From assembly GCA_963788335.1 (NCBI GenBank), contig CAWBGM010000005.1, positions 45,275-109,274 on the forward strand: a stretch of 64,000 bases of DNA, in the 5' to 3' direction. Below, in pieces: positions 35,812 to 44,397 of the stretch (within the stretch, counting starts at the first letter, position 1; each line of letters opens with the position of its first letter). The stretch comes from Terriglobia bacterium. GTDB taxonomy: Bacteria > Acidobacteriota > Terriglobia > Acidiferrales > UBA7541. The notes beneath the pieces are model-generated. The model was not told where the DNA came from and made no database searches. It worked only from the letters and a program-made list of their open reading frames with translations. Both the position numbers and the translations under genes were made by a program.

Positions 35812-37222
35812 ATGATAACAACCCCCGTTCACCCCCCTCTTGACCAGGATCGCGCGGCCCTGGCCCTGGGTATGACGTTCTGCGCGCTGCTCGTGGAGCT
35901 GTCGATCAACGTCTATCAGGGCGCCTATCATCCACAAGCGCTGTTCTGGTTAACTATCGCGATCATTTCTTCCTTTTCCGCCGTGAGCTTCCGACTGGGT
36001 CGCCCTGCGGAACAACTTCTGCGTCGAGTGTTCCCGGCCGTCCTCGCGGTTGCGATACTGATTCCCGCCTGCATCCTGCTGATTCGAACCCACAATGACG
36101 TTCCCATCAGCCTTTCAGTGTTGGTCCTGTCGACCCTGGGATTTTTGCAATTTGCCGACCTAGGCCCCCGGAGAATTCCGTTTCTCGTGGTCACCGTTAT
36201 CGGCTTTTGTATCGTCTCGGCCGTTACGATTATTTCGCCTCAACGCTCAAAGGACCCTCAGATTGATGTGTTCCTTTTTCAACAAAGCGCGGCGGAGGCC
36301 CTGCGGCACGGCCAGAATCCTTACACGACGCGCGTCCCGAATATGTACAGCGGGAATGATTCGCAATCGTTTGAAAATCCGCACAGATTCGGACCCGGGC
36401 GCAATTGCATATGGACAGGGCGTAGTGACCAAAGATGGTTGGCTCACGTACAGCTTTCCATATCCGCCCCTTAGCCTGCTGATGGTCATGCCCGCATATC
36501 TGCTCGGGGGCGATTGTCGTTTTGCCGCCATCGTCGCATTGGGGTTTTCCGTATTGTTGATGGCTACGGCGCGCCCGGGCAGGTGGGGAGCGCTGATGGC
36601 GTTGCTGTTCCTGGTCGATCCGAAAGGATTCTTCGTGATCGATCTGTCCTGGACCGAACCGTTACTGGTCTTCACTTTTTCGCTGGCGATGTTTTGCGCT
36701 TGTCGATGGCGCAAGGGCCTGCCATGGGCTCTCGGCTTGATGTTTGCCACGAAGCAATACACGGTGTTAATGCTGCCCGCAGTAATTCTATTGGTGGAAG
36801 GCCCAAATCCGTTGAGGCAATTGCGGGATCTAGTAATGAAGGCGGGTCTAGTCGTCGCTGCAATTACCTTGCCGTTTTTCGCATGGAATCCCCGTGAATT
36901 CATCCGCAACGTTGTCCAATGGCAGTTCGTGCAGCCCTTCCGAACCGACGCGCTCAGCTATCTGGTCTGGCTCTATAAACACAATGGCGGCCATTGGGCG
37001 CCCATCTGGACGCCATTCCTGATCGTTATCCCTGCCATACTTCTGGCGATCTGGCGCTGCCCGCGTAGTCCGGCGGGATTTGCTGCCGCCATCGCGTTCA
37101 TCTGCCTGACTTTTTTCGCTTTCAATAAACAGGCTTTCTGCAATTACTATTATTTCGTGATCGCCGCCGCCTGCTGGTCGGTTGCCGCGTCGTGGCCACA
37201 AAAGGATGAGGGTTCCGCGTAG
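35812..37222 (+). pseudogene. GT87/DUF2029-like membrane glycosyltransferase split by a frameshift between ~36325 and ~36455 (pseudogene or sequencing indel)
   Basis: ORF 35665..36474 (frame 1) carries TM segments and the string DVFLFQQSAAEALRHGQNPY. ORF 36263..37222 (frame 2) continues with WLTYSFPYPPLSLLMVMPAYLL and 8 or more further TM segments. Together they give the D..Y..A...G.NPY...F.YPP signature of GT87. A GTG at 35776 that overlaps the upstream stop is an alternative start. Confidence 0.65.
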
Positions 37223-37246
37223 TGTGCCGCTTCCACGGAGCGTTTC

Positions 37247-38164
37247 TCAGCAAGCTTGAATTCGGTTTCGCAGCATTCCAATCCCTTCAACTTCGGCTTC
37301 CACTACATCGCCGTCATTCAGATACTCAGGCGGGGTCCGGCCAAGACCGACGCCTTCGGGCGTACCCGTCGCGATGATGTCCCCCGGTTCAATCGTCATT
37401 CCCTTCGACAGCCACTCGATGATGGTGTCCACGGGAAAAATCATGTCGGCTGTCGTCGCGTTCTGCCTTTGCTCGCCATTGACGCGCAAGGATATGCGCT
37501 TCGCCTGCGGGTCGCCGAACTCGTCTGCCGTGACAATCGCGGGGCCCATGGGACAGAAGCCATCGAGGCTTTTTCCCTTGAACCACTGCAGGTGGGCAAA
37601 TTGCACGTCGCGCGCGGAGACGTCATTGATGATTGTGTAGCCAAAAATATGACGGGGTGCCTCCGATCGGGGAATATTTATTCCACCGACACCGATAATC
37701 ACGCCAAGCTCGGCCTCGTAGTCCACCTGCTGAGTCACCTGGGGATCCCATGGGACCGGATCGAATGGACCGTTCACCGAAGTGGGAGACTTGGTGAAGA
37801 ATACGGGAACCTGGGGAATTCTGGCTTCCCGGCCTCGAGCTGCGGACGACTCCTTCAAGTGGGCCATGTAATTCAGCCCGAGACAAAAAATGTTCTTCGT
37901 CGACCTGGGGATTGGGGCACACCACCGTATCGAGTCGAGCGCGCGGGTCGCACCGGTGGGCTTGGAGGCCAGAGATTCGGCGGCCAAATCCCGCATCCGT
38001 TTCCAGCAATCCGGTCCCGCTTGAATCAATTCGAGAAGTGATGACGGAAAGGCCGCAGGCCATTTGCCGGCCGCGGCAATTTCCAAATCGATCGCGCACT
38101 CCTCCGAGATGGCGCCAATGCGCGGCCTGGCCGAATCGCGTTCGCAAAACGTGATATATTTCAT
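37247..38164 (-). CDS. Fumarylacetoacetate hydrolase (FAH) family protein
   Basis: 305-aa ORF with no signal peptide. FAH-family strings are IFCLGLNYMAHLKE, YEAELGVIIG, GYTIINDVSARD, KGKSLDGFCPMGP and GDIIATGTPEGVG. Confidence 0.85.
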   Translation of the reverse strand: MKYITFCERDSARPRIGAISEECAIDLEIAAAGKWPAAFPSSLLELIQAGPDCWKRMRDLAAESLASKPTGATRALDSIRWCAPIPRSTKNIFCLGLNYMAHLKESSAARGREARIPQVPVFFTKSPTSVNGPFDPVPWDPQVTQQVDYEAELGVIIGVGGINIPRSEAPRHIFGYTIINDVSARDVQFAHLQWFKGKSLDGFCPMGPAIVTADEFGDPQAKRISLRVNGEQRQNATTADMIFPVDTIIEWLSKGMTIEPGDIIATGTPEGVGLGRTPPEYLNDGDVVEAEVEGIGMLRNRIQAC

Positions 38165-38575
38165 TTTCTATAATTCTCCCCATCGAAATCGCGGCTACAG
38201 TAGCGCAGCCATGGGAGGATTACAATGGCGGCCGGGACTCTTGATTTTCTGGAGCTGCGACGGATTCCAATGCCAAAATAGATTTGACTTCGCATGTCGG
38301 CATTTGTAAAAATCACAATAAGAAACCTGTGTACAAGCAGCTAAAGCAAGCAGTTAAAGATTGTGAGCTTCCCGATCCCTGAAAGCTGCCGAAGGGCGAG
38401 CGATCATCGCCCGACTGGACCATCGAGCGGAAAAACCGGCGCTTACGTCGATTTTTCGATACCGATGAATCGTTTTTGTGAGCGCACGCGTTTAATGATT
38501 GGGCTTTCGAGCGAGCATGAGATTGTTCCAGGAAGTTCTGAAAGCTCGATCTGGCAAACGCGAGGAGATTTTGAG

Positions 38576-39520
38576 ATGAGATTTCGACGCCCCTGCTACC
38601 TGGCGCTTCTGTTTGCGATTGTCGCGGCCTCGCCGCTCTTGCACGCGCAGACCCCACAGGGCCCTCCTCCCCCGCCGAAACCCAGCGTTACCGCGAATTT
38701 GCCCTTTGACCCTCATGATTTGAATGGGAACTGGATCGGTGACAATCAGGACTCCGCTCATGGGAGAAGGAATTGGGGCAGCTACGACCAGAGGATTCCC
38801 GAACCGCCTTTGACGGATTGGGCCAAGCAGCACTTGTTGATGAAATCGATTTCACACGATCCAATTTATGGAAAGCCTCTGCCCTTTCGTCCCGAGCATT
38901 ACCGTATCGCTCCCTGCCCATACAATCAGGACCCTTGCTACTCCACGGACCCGAACGGCGTCCCCGCCAATGTTCCCGATGGCGAGTATCCCGGCAAGGA
39001 TTGCGAACCGATGGCCGCGCCCGCGATGTACGACTACCCAAGCCTTGGGTTGCTTACATTTTTTGAGTCGCCGGAACGAATTGTCCAGTTGAACAATTAT
39101 CACCGCGAGTGGCGGATCTTCTGGATGAACCGCGAGCATCCGAAGGAAATGGACCCCACGTTCGAGGGGGACTCCACAGCGAAGTGGGAGGGAAACACGC
39201 TGGTCGTGGATACGGTCGGCTTCAATGGCAGGACACAGATCACTCAGAACCTGGGCCAGTGGAAGAGCGATGCATTCCACCTTGTGGAGCGCTACACGCG
39301 AGTGGATCACGATCACCTGGTGCTGGACATGACATATTCCGATCCGAAAGCGTGGGGCGACGCCTCCTGGCCGGGGTTCGTAAGGTATTACCATCAGGTT
39401 TCTCCCGAGAAGCTTCATGACAATACGTACCAGTACGACCAATATACGGAGTGGATCTGCAGCCCCGAGGACAACAAGAATTTCGACCAGAGAGTCACCG
39501 ATCGTTATCAGAAAAAATAA
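38576..39520 (+). CDS. Secreted protein, unnamed family 'X' (tandem copy A)
   Basis: Start at ATG 38576 after GAGGAG, with the signal MRFRRPCYLALLFAIVAASPLLHA. Shared motifs are ANLPFDPHDLNGNW, PEPPLTDWAKQ, YPGKDCEP, REWRIFWMNREHPKEMDPTFEGDS, WEGNTLVVDTVGFNGRT, SDAFHLVERYTRVDHD, DPKAWGD and TEWICSPEDNKNFD. Confidence 0.75.
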   Translation: MRFRRPCYLALLFAIVAASPLLHAQTPQGPPPPPKPSVTANLPFDPHDLNGNWIGDNQDSAHGRRNWGSYDQRIPEPPLTDWAKQHLLMKSISHDPIYGKPLPFRPEHYRIAPCPYNQDPCYSTDPNGVPANVPDGEYPGKDCEPMAAPAMYDYPSLGLLTFFESPERIVQLNNYHREWRIFWMNREHPKEMDPTFEGDSTAKWEGNTLVVDTVGFNGRTQITQNLGQWKSDAFHLVERYTRVDHDHLVLDMTYSDPKAWGDASWPGFVRYYHQVSPEKLHDNTYQYDQYTEWICSPEDNKNFDQRVTDRYQKK

Positions 39521-39547
39521 GTGGAAACGACCAAAGGAAGGTATGCG

Positions 39548-39949
39548 ATGAGATTGCTGAAACGTGGCGGCCTGTTCGTTGAATGGATTGTTCTCGTGTT
39601 GATTGCAACGCCTGTCTTCGCCCATCATGGCTATGCGGCGTACGACATGACGACCACACTCTCCGTGAAAGCGACGATCGTGAGTATTGTGATGGAAAAC
39701 CCCCACTCGACCATTTCCTTCGACGTAAAGGACGACAAAGGGAATATCCAACACTGGTTTTCAGAAAGCGGTAATCCGCGGAACATGAGGCAAGATGGCT
39801 ACACCCAGGACAACCTGAAGCCGGGCGACGAGGTGACGGTGTACTACCACCCGTCCAGGAACGGCGAACACGTGGTCGTTTTGACAAAGGTTGAATTTCC
39901 CGACGGCCATTCGCTGCCCAAGAAACATACCGACGATAGCGCACAGTGA
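39548..39949 (+). CDS. Small secreted DUF6152-like protein (mature N-terminus His-His)
   Basis: ATG 39548 lies 6 nt after AAGGAAGG. The signal MRLLKRGGLFVEWIVLVLIATPVFA is followed by HHGYAAYD. The strings ..NPHSTISFDV.D..G... and GDEVTVYYHPSRNG match my memory of DUF6152 proteins (AHHS..FD...NPH...). Confidence 0.6.
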   Translation: MRLLKRGGLFVEWIVLVLIATPVFAHHGYAAYDMTTTLSVKATIVSIVMENPHSTISFDVKDDKGNIQHWFSESGNPRNMRQDGYTQDNLKPGDEVTVYYHPSRNGEHVVVLTKVEFPDGHSLPKKHTDDSAQ

Positions 39950-39980
39950 TTTGCAGATTTAAACGGGCCGGACAGGATCA

Positions 39981-40934
39981 TTGAGAAATTTTAAATTGCG
40001 AACGCGCGTTGCGGGTTCGATATTTGCATTGGCAACGGTGCTGTTGTCCGCGCCGCACCCGTCCGGTTTCGCGCAGAGCCAGCCAGCCTCCCCGTACATC
40101 GACAAGACCGGTCCGAGGCCGGCGGGAACTGCGAATCTCCCTTTTGATCCTCACGACTTCACGGGAGACTGGTACGGGGACCGTGTCCCCCGAAACAGCC
40201 GTTGGGCGAATAAAACTCCCGAACCTCCCTTGACCGAATGGGCCAAGGAACACCTGCTTTACAAATCGATCTCGCATGACGTTCTGGCCGGCACGCTCAG
40301 AGACCCCAAGAACCCTCCCAACGAAAGTCTCGACGACTCAGCACGGGCCTTCTACTCGACGGACCTCTACGGCGTGATCGCCAACGACCCATTCGGGATG
40401 TATCCGGGCAAGGACTGTGAACCCCATGCCGCGCCCGCAATGTATGACGTTCCCTATCTGGGTGTGCTGACGTTTTTTATGTCGCCGGAGCGAATCGTTC
40501 AACTGAACAATCATCAACGCGAATGGCGGATCTTCTGGCTCAACCAGAATCACCCGAAGGAAATGGACCCGACATTCGAAGGCGACTCGGTTGCTCATTG
40601 GGAGGGCAACACGCTGGTTGTGGATACGATCGGGTATAACGGGCGGAGCATGATCACCGGCGTCGTGGGCCACTCCATGAGCGATGCGTTCCGTCTCGTC
40701 GAGCGTTATACGCGCGTGGATCATGACAACCTGACGATCGATATGACGTACTACGATCCGAAGGCCTGGGGCGACAAAGCATGGACCGGATTTCATCGAT
40801 ATTACCGCCTTGTTCCCATCCAACAGGTTCGCGATCTGAACTATAAGTCCGACTCGTTCACCGAATGGATTTGCAGCCCCGAAGACAATCTAAAATTCGA
40901 TCAGAAGTTGATCGAGCGATATAAGAAGCAATGA
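39981..40934 (+). CDS. Secreted protein, unnamed family 'X' (tandem copy B)
   Basis: TTG start in the track, with the signal MRNFKLRTRVAGSIFALATVLLSAP. It has the same motif set, including ANLPFDPHDFTGDW, REWRIFWLNQNHPKEMDPTFEGDS and WEGNTLVVDTIGYNGRS. Confidence 0.7.
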   Translation: MRNFKLRTRVAGSIFALATVLLSAPHPSGFAQSQPASPYIDKTGPRPAGTANLPFDPHDFTGDWYGDRVPRNSRWANKTPEPPLTEWAKEHLLYKSISHDVLAGTLRDPKNPPNESLDDSARAFYSTDLYGVIANDPFGMYPGKDCEPHAAPAMYDVPYLGVLTFFMSPERIVQLNNHQREWRIFWLNQNHPKEMDPTFEGDSVAHWEGNTLVVDTIGYNGRSMITGVVGHSMSDAFRLVERYTRVDHDNLTIDMTYYDPKAWGDKAWTGFHRYYRLVPIQQVRDLNYKSDSFTEWICSPEDNLKFDQKLIERYKKQ

Positions 40935-40987
40935 ACGCCGCCGTTCGAGCGACAGGCGGAGTTCTTGCCGGAGAGCTGAAGATCGCC

Positions 40988-41914
40988 ATGCGAAAGCACT
41001 TTACAGGTTCAACCCTTGCGCTGACCGTCGTGGCGCTGCTGGCCTCGTCTTTCCCGCTTTTCGCGCAGGGCGCGCCTCAAAAGGTTCCAAAAACCTCCGA
41101 CGCCGCGAACTCATCCTTCGATCCGCACGACCTGTCGGGAGACTGGATCGGCGAAAACACCGCTGAAAACAGCCGTTGGGCGAATCGGACTCCGGAACCT
41201 CCCTTGACCGAATGGGGCAAGCAGCATTTGCTTTATAAATCGATCACGCACGATGCGTTGTCCGGCACATTGCGCGATCCGGAGAAACCGCCCAACGATA
41301 ACGGCAGCATAAGCGGCGGCGACAGAAACTTCTACGCGGCCGATCCGAACGGCGTCCCGGCCAACGACCCGGCGGGCATGTATCCGGGCAAGAATTGCGA
41401 ACCGCTGGCCGCCCCGGCCATGTTCGACATTCCTTTTTTGACATTATTGACTATCTTCGAAACAAAAGAGCAGATTTACTTGCTGAATAATTTTCAACGC
41501 GAATGGCGAATCTTCTGGCTCAATCGAGAACACCCGAAAGACATCGATCCGACGTTCGAGGGAGATTCGGTCGGCCACTGGGAAGGAAACACACTGGTCG
41601 TGGATACGATCGGATTTAACGGCAGGACCGCGATCAGTGGCGAAGTGGGCCACGCCAAGAGCGATGCCTTCCATCTTGTCGAGCGTTTCACGCGCGTCGA
41701 TCATGACGACCTGATGATCGATATGACGTATGCCGATCCGAAAGCGTGGGGCGATAAAGTCTGGACTGGATTTCACAAACATTACAAGTATGTGCCGATC
41801 GAAAAAGTTCACGATATGACTTACAAGTCCGACTACTTTACCGAATGGATCTGCAGTCCCCAGGACAACAAGGCTTTCGATCAGAGGGTAACCGATCTGG
41901 CCACGAAGCATTGA
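40988..41914 (+). CDS. Secreted protein, unnamed family 'X' (tandem copy C)
   Basis: Start moved to ATG 40988 (MRKHFTGSTLALTVVALLASSFPLFA). It has the same motif set, including SSFDPHDLSGDW, YPGKNCEP, REWRIFWLNREHPKDIDPTFEGDS and WEGNTLVVDTIGFNGRT. Confidence 0.75.
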   Translation: MRKHFTGSTLALTVVALLASSFPLFAQGAPQKVPKTSDAANSSFDPHDLSGDWIGENTAENSRWANRTPEPPLTEWGKQHLLYKSITHDALSGTLRDPEKPPNDNGSISGGDRNFYAADPNGVPANDPAGMYPGKNCEPLAAPAMFDIPFLTLLTIFETKEQIYLLNNFQREWRIFWLNREHPKDIDPTFEGDSVGHWEGNTLVVDTIGFNGRTAISGEVGHAKSDAFHLVERFTRVDHDDLMIDMTYADPKAWGDKVWTGFHKHYKYVPIEKVHDMTYKSDYFTEWICSPQDNKAFDQRVTDLATKH

Positions 41915-41958
41915 AAGGCTTCCCTTCGGGGACAAATTTGTATAGATTTTAATCTCAA

Positions 41959-42882
41959 ATGCGAAAACAATTTACAGCTTCAATCATTGCAATGGCGATA
42001 GCGCTGGTCTTTGAGCCTTTTCTCCCGGCATTCGCGCAGACCGCTGCCCAGACTGCTCCAAGGCCCTCTGCGACCGCGAATCTTCCTTTCGATCCGCACG
42101 ATCTGTCAGGCGATTGGACCGGCGAAAAAAGTAAACGAAACAACCGCTGGGCCAACAAGACGCCGGAACCACCCCTGACGGACTGGGCGAAGCAGAATTT
42201 GCTCTACAAATCGCTCTCTCACGACTCCTACTCCGGCACTCTGCGGGATCCCAAGATCACTCCCAATGACGCGGTGCCCGACGACGCACGGTCCTTCTTC
42301 GCAACAGACCTGTATGGCGTCCCGGTCAACGATCCGAACGGCATGTATCCGGGCAAGGATTGCGAGCCGATGTCCACACCGGCGATGTACGACGTACCCT
42401 ATTTAGGCTTGCTGACGTTCTTCATCACTCCGGATGCGATCTATGAGTTGAACAATCACCACCGCGAATGGCGCATTTTTTGGCTGAACCGGGAACACCC
42501 CAAGGAGATGGACCCCACGTTTGAGGGTGACTCGATCGCTCATTGGGAAGGCAACACGCTGGTCGTGGATACCACCGGCTATAACGGTAGAACAATGGTA
42601 AGTGGAGCCGTGAGCCACTCGAAGAGCGACGCGTTCCACATGGTCGAGCGATTCACACGCACAGATCACGACACAATTCAGATCGATATGACGCTATCCG
42701 ATCCGAAAGCGTGGGGCGACAAGTCCTGGCCTGGATTCCACAAGTATTACCACCTGGTACCCATAGAAAAAGTTCATGACCTGGTTTACAAGTCCGATTA
42801 CTTTACCGAATGGATCTGCAGCCCGGAAGACAACAAAAACTTCGACAAGAAGGTCATCGAGCTTCAACAGAAGCAAAAATAA
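41959..42882 (+). CDS. Secreted protein, unnamed family 'X' (tandem copy D)
   Basis: 307-aa ORF with the signal MRKQFTASIIAMAIALVFEPFLPAFA. It has the same motif set. Confidence 0.75.
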   Translation: MRKQFTASIIAMAIALVFEPFLPAFAQTAAQTAPRPSATANLPFDPHDLSGDWTGEKSKRNNRWANKTPEPPLTDWAKQNLLYKSLSHDSYSGTLRDPKITPNDAVPDDARSFFATDLYGVPVNDPNGMYPGKDCEPMSTPAMYDVPYLGLLTFFITPDAIYELNNHHREWRIFWLNREHPKEMDPTFEGDSIAHWEGNTLVVDTTGYNGRTMVSGAVSHSKSDAFHMVERFTRTDHDTIQIDMTLSDPKAWGDKSWPGFHKYYHLVPIEKVHDLVYKSDYFTEWICSPEDNKNFDKKVIELQQKQK

Positions 42883-42918
42883 AGGCTCAAGATTTGCGGC
42901 CGACCATATCTTCGTTGC

Positions 42919-44106
42919 TCAGAGGCGAAGCAACCTGGCCGCGTTTTCACCCAGGATCGCTCTCTGATCGGCGGCGTTTAATCCTGAACTCAGCACGAAA
43001 TCGGCTTCGCGGTCTTCGCCCCAGAGCGGTTGCTGAACGTATTCATTCCCTGCCGCGTCGCGCTGCGATCGATCGTTCGCGGATACCGGCTCATTCACGG
43101 CCGCCGGGAAATCGGTGCCAAAGACAACATGATTGGCGCCGACTTCCGCGACCAGATGCCTCAAATTCTCCGCGGTGAACACGACCGAGTCCACGTAGAT
43201 CTGTTCCTTGAAATAATCACCGGGCAATTTCTTGATCGGCCTGCAGCTCGTCGGAATCTTTTCCGCGCAGTGATTCGAGCGTCCCAGGTAGGACGGCAGA
43301 TACCCGCCGCCGTGCGCCGCGACAATTTTTACTCCGGGATAGCGGTCCAGTGTTCCGTCAAAGATCAGGTGAGAGAGAGCGACGGTCGTCTCCAGCGGAT
43401 TGCCGATCACATTTCCCAGGCTGCCATTCCCCTGAAAACGTTTCTCGCCTTCTTCGAAACCGACGGGATGAGTGAATATCACGATTCCTAATTCCTCGGC
43501 TTTGGCCCAGAACGGATCGAATTTGCGCGCGGACAGCTCTTCTCCATTCACGCTCCCACCGATTACAAATCCCCGGAAATTATATTTCTTCACGCCTTCG
43601 TCCATCTGCTCAACCGCAAGGTCGGGATGTTGTATCGAGACCGCACCCAAGCCGACAAAACGGTCCGGGTGAGCGGTACACAAATCGGCGAGCTGCTCAT
43701 TCTGGCGTTGGGCAAGGCGGCCGGCCAGGTCACGGTCCGCCCAGTAGTTGTAGCCGGAAAACAGGCTCACCGCCTGTACATCAATTCCGCGTTCATCCAT
43801 GCTCTGCAAACGATCCGCGATCTTGGCCGGCTCCAGCATGGTGAAACGCCGCTTGGGATTGAGGAACCCGGAGTCTTCTTTGGTATTTTGCTCATACCCT
43901 TTCAACAGATCGCGGATGTCGGGGAAACAGTGACAGTGGAAGTCGACTGTCTTCAGGCGGCGTCCGCCTACGGAAATCTCGCGGCGTTTCATCGAAGCTG
44001 CGGTCTGCGTGGGATTGGCAGCCGCATTCATCAGCCCTGAGCCGCCCAGTAAAGCTCCGGCCATGGCGCCCGCCACGTTCCTAAGGAATTCTCTGCGATC
44101 GGACAT
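42919..44106 (-). CDS. TAT-exported amidohydrolase-2 family (ACMSD-like metal-dependent hydrolase/decarboxylase) protein
   Basis: Start moved to ATG 44106, giving the twin-arginine signal MSDRREFLRNVAGAMAGALLGG. Other features are VDFHCHCFPD (HxH metal motif), AHGGGYLPSY and FGTDFP. Confidence 0.8.
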   Translation of the reverse strand: MSDRREFLRNVAGAMAGALLGGSGLMNAAANPTQTAASMKRREISVGGRRLKTVDFHCHCFPDIRDLLKGYEQNTKEDSGFLNPKRRFTMLEPAKIADRLQSMDERGIDVQAVSLFSGYNYWADRDLAGRLAQRQNEQLADLCTAHPDRFVGLGAVSIQHPDLAVEQMDEGVKKYNFRGFVIGGSVNGEELSARKFDPFWAKAEELGIVIFTHPVGFEEGEKRFQGNGSLGNVIGNPLETTVALSHLIFDGTLDRYPGVKIVAAHGGGYLPSYLGRSNHCAEKIPTSCRPIKKLPGDYFKEQIYVDSVVFTAENLRHLVAEVGANHVVFGTDFPAAVNEPVSANDRSQRDAAGNEYVQQPLWGEDREADFVLSSGLNAADQRAILGENAARLLRL

Positions 44107-44280
44107 TCCGAGCCTCCATGAGAAACTCCAGACACATGACAATCACAAACCGATGGAAAACAAAATAAGACGGTGGCCGGAGTTCTTGAGGAGTCCCAAT
44201 CGATCTACTCCAGGATTCCTCTAATTGACGTCATTTCACACCCGCTCATTATTCAAGTCAAGCCTTCTTCGGATAGTCCT

Positions 44281-44367
44281 CCAGTAGCACAGGCTCCCGC
44301 CTGTGGGTTTTGAATTCTGTCAACTCAAAGGAAAGAAAAAGCCGCAGGCTGAAGCCTGTGCTACTGG
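44281..44367. repeat. Best-preserved paired copy of the GTAGCACAGGC repeat family, MITE/BIME-like
   Basis: Reads ccagtagcacaggctcccgcctgtgggttttgaattc...(spacer)...ccgcaggctgaagcctgtgctactgg. The outer 10 nt are perfectly complementary, and each arm is itself a hairpin. Confidence 0.75.
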
Positions 44368-44397
44368 AGGCCGATCACCATCCGGGGAGGATCTTCC

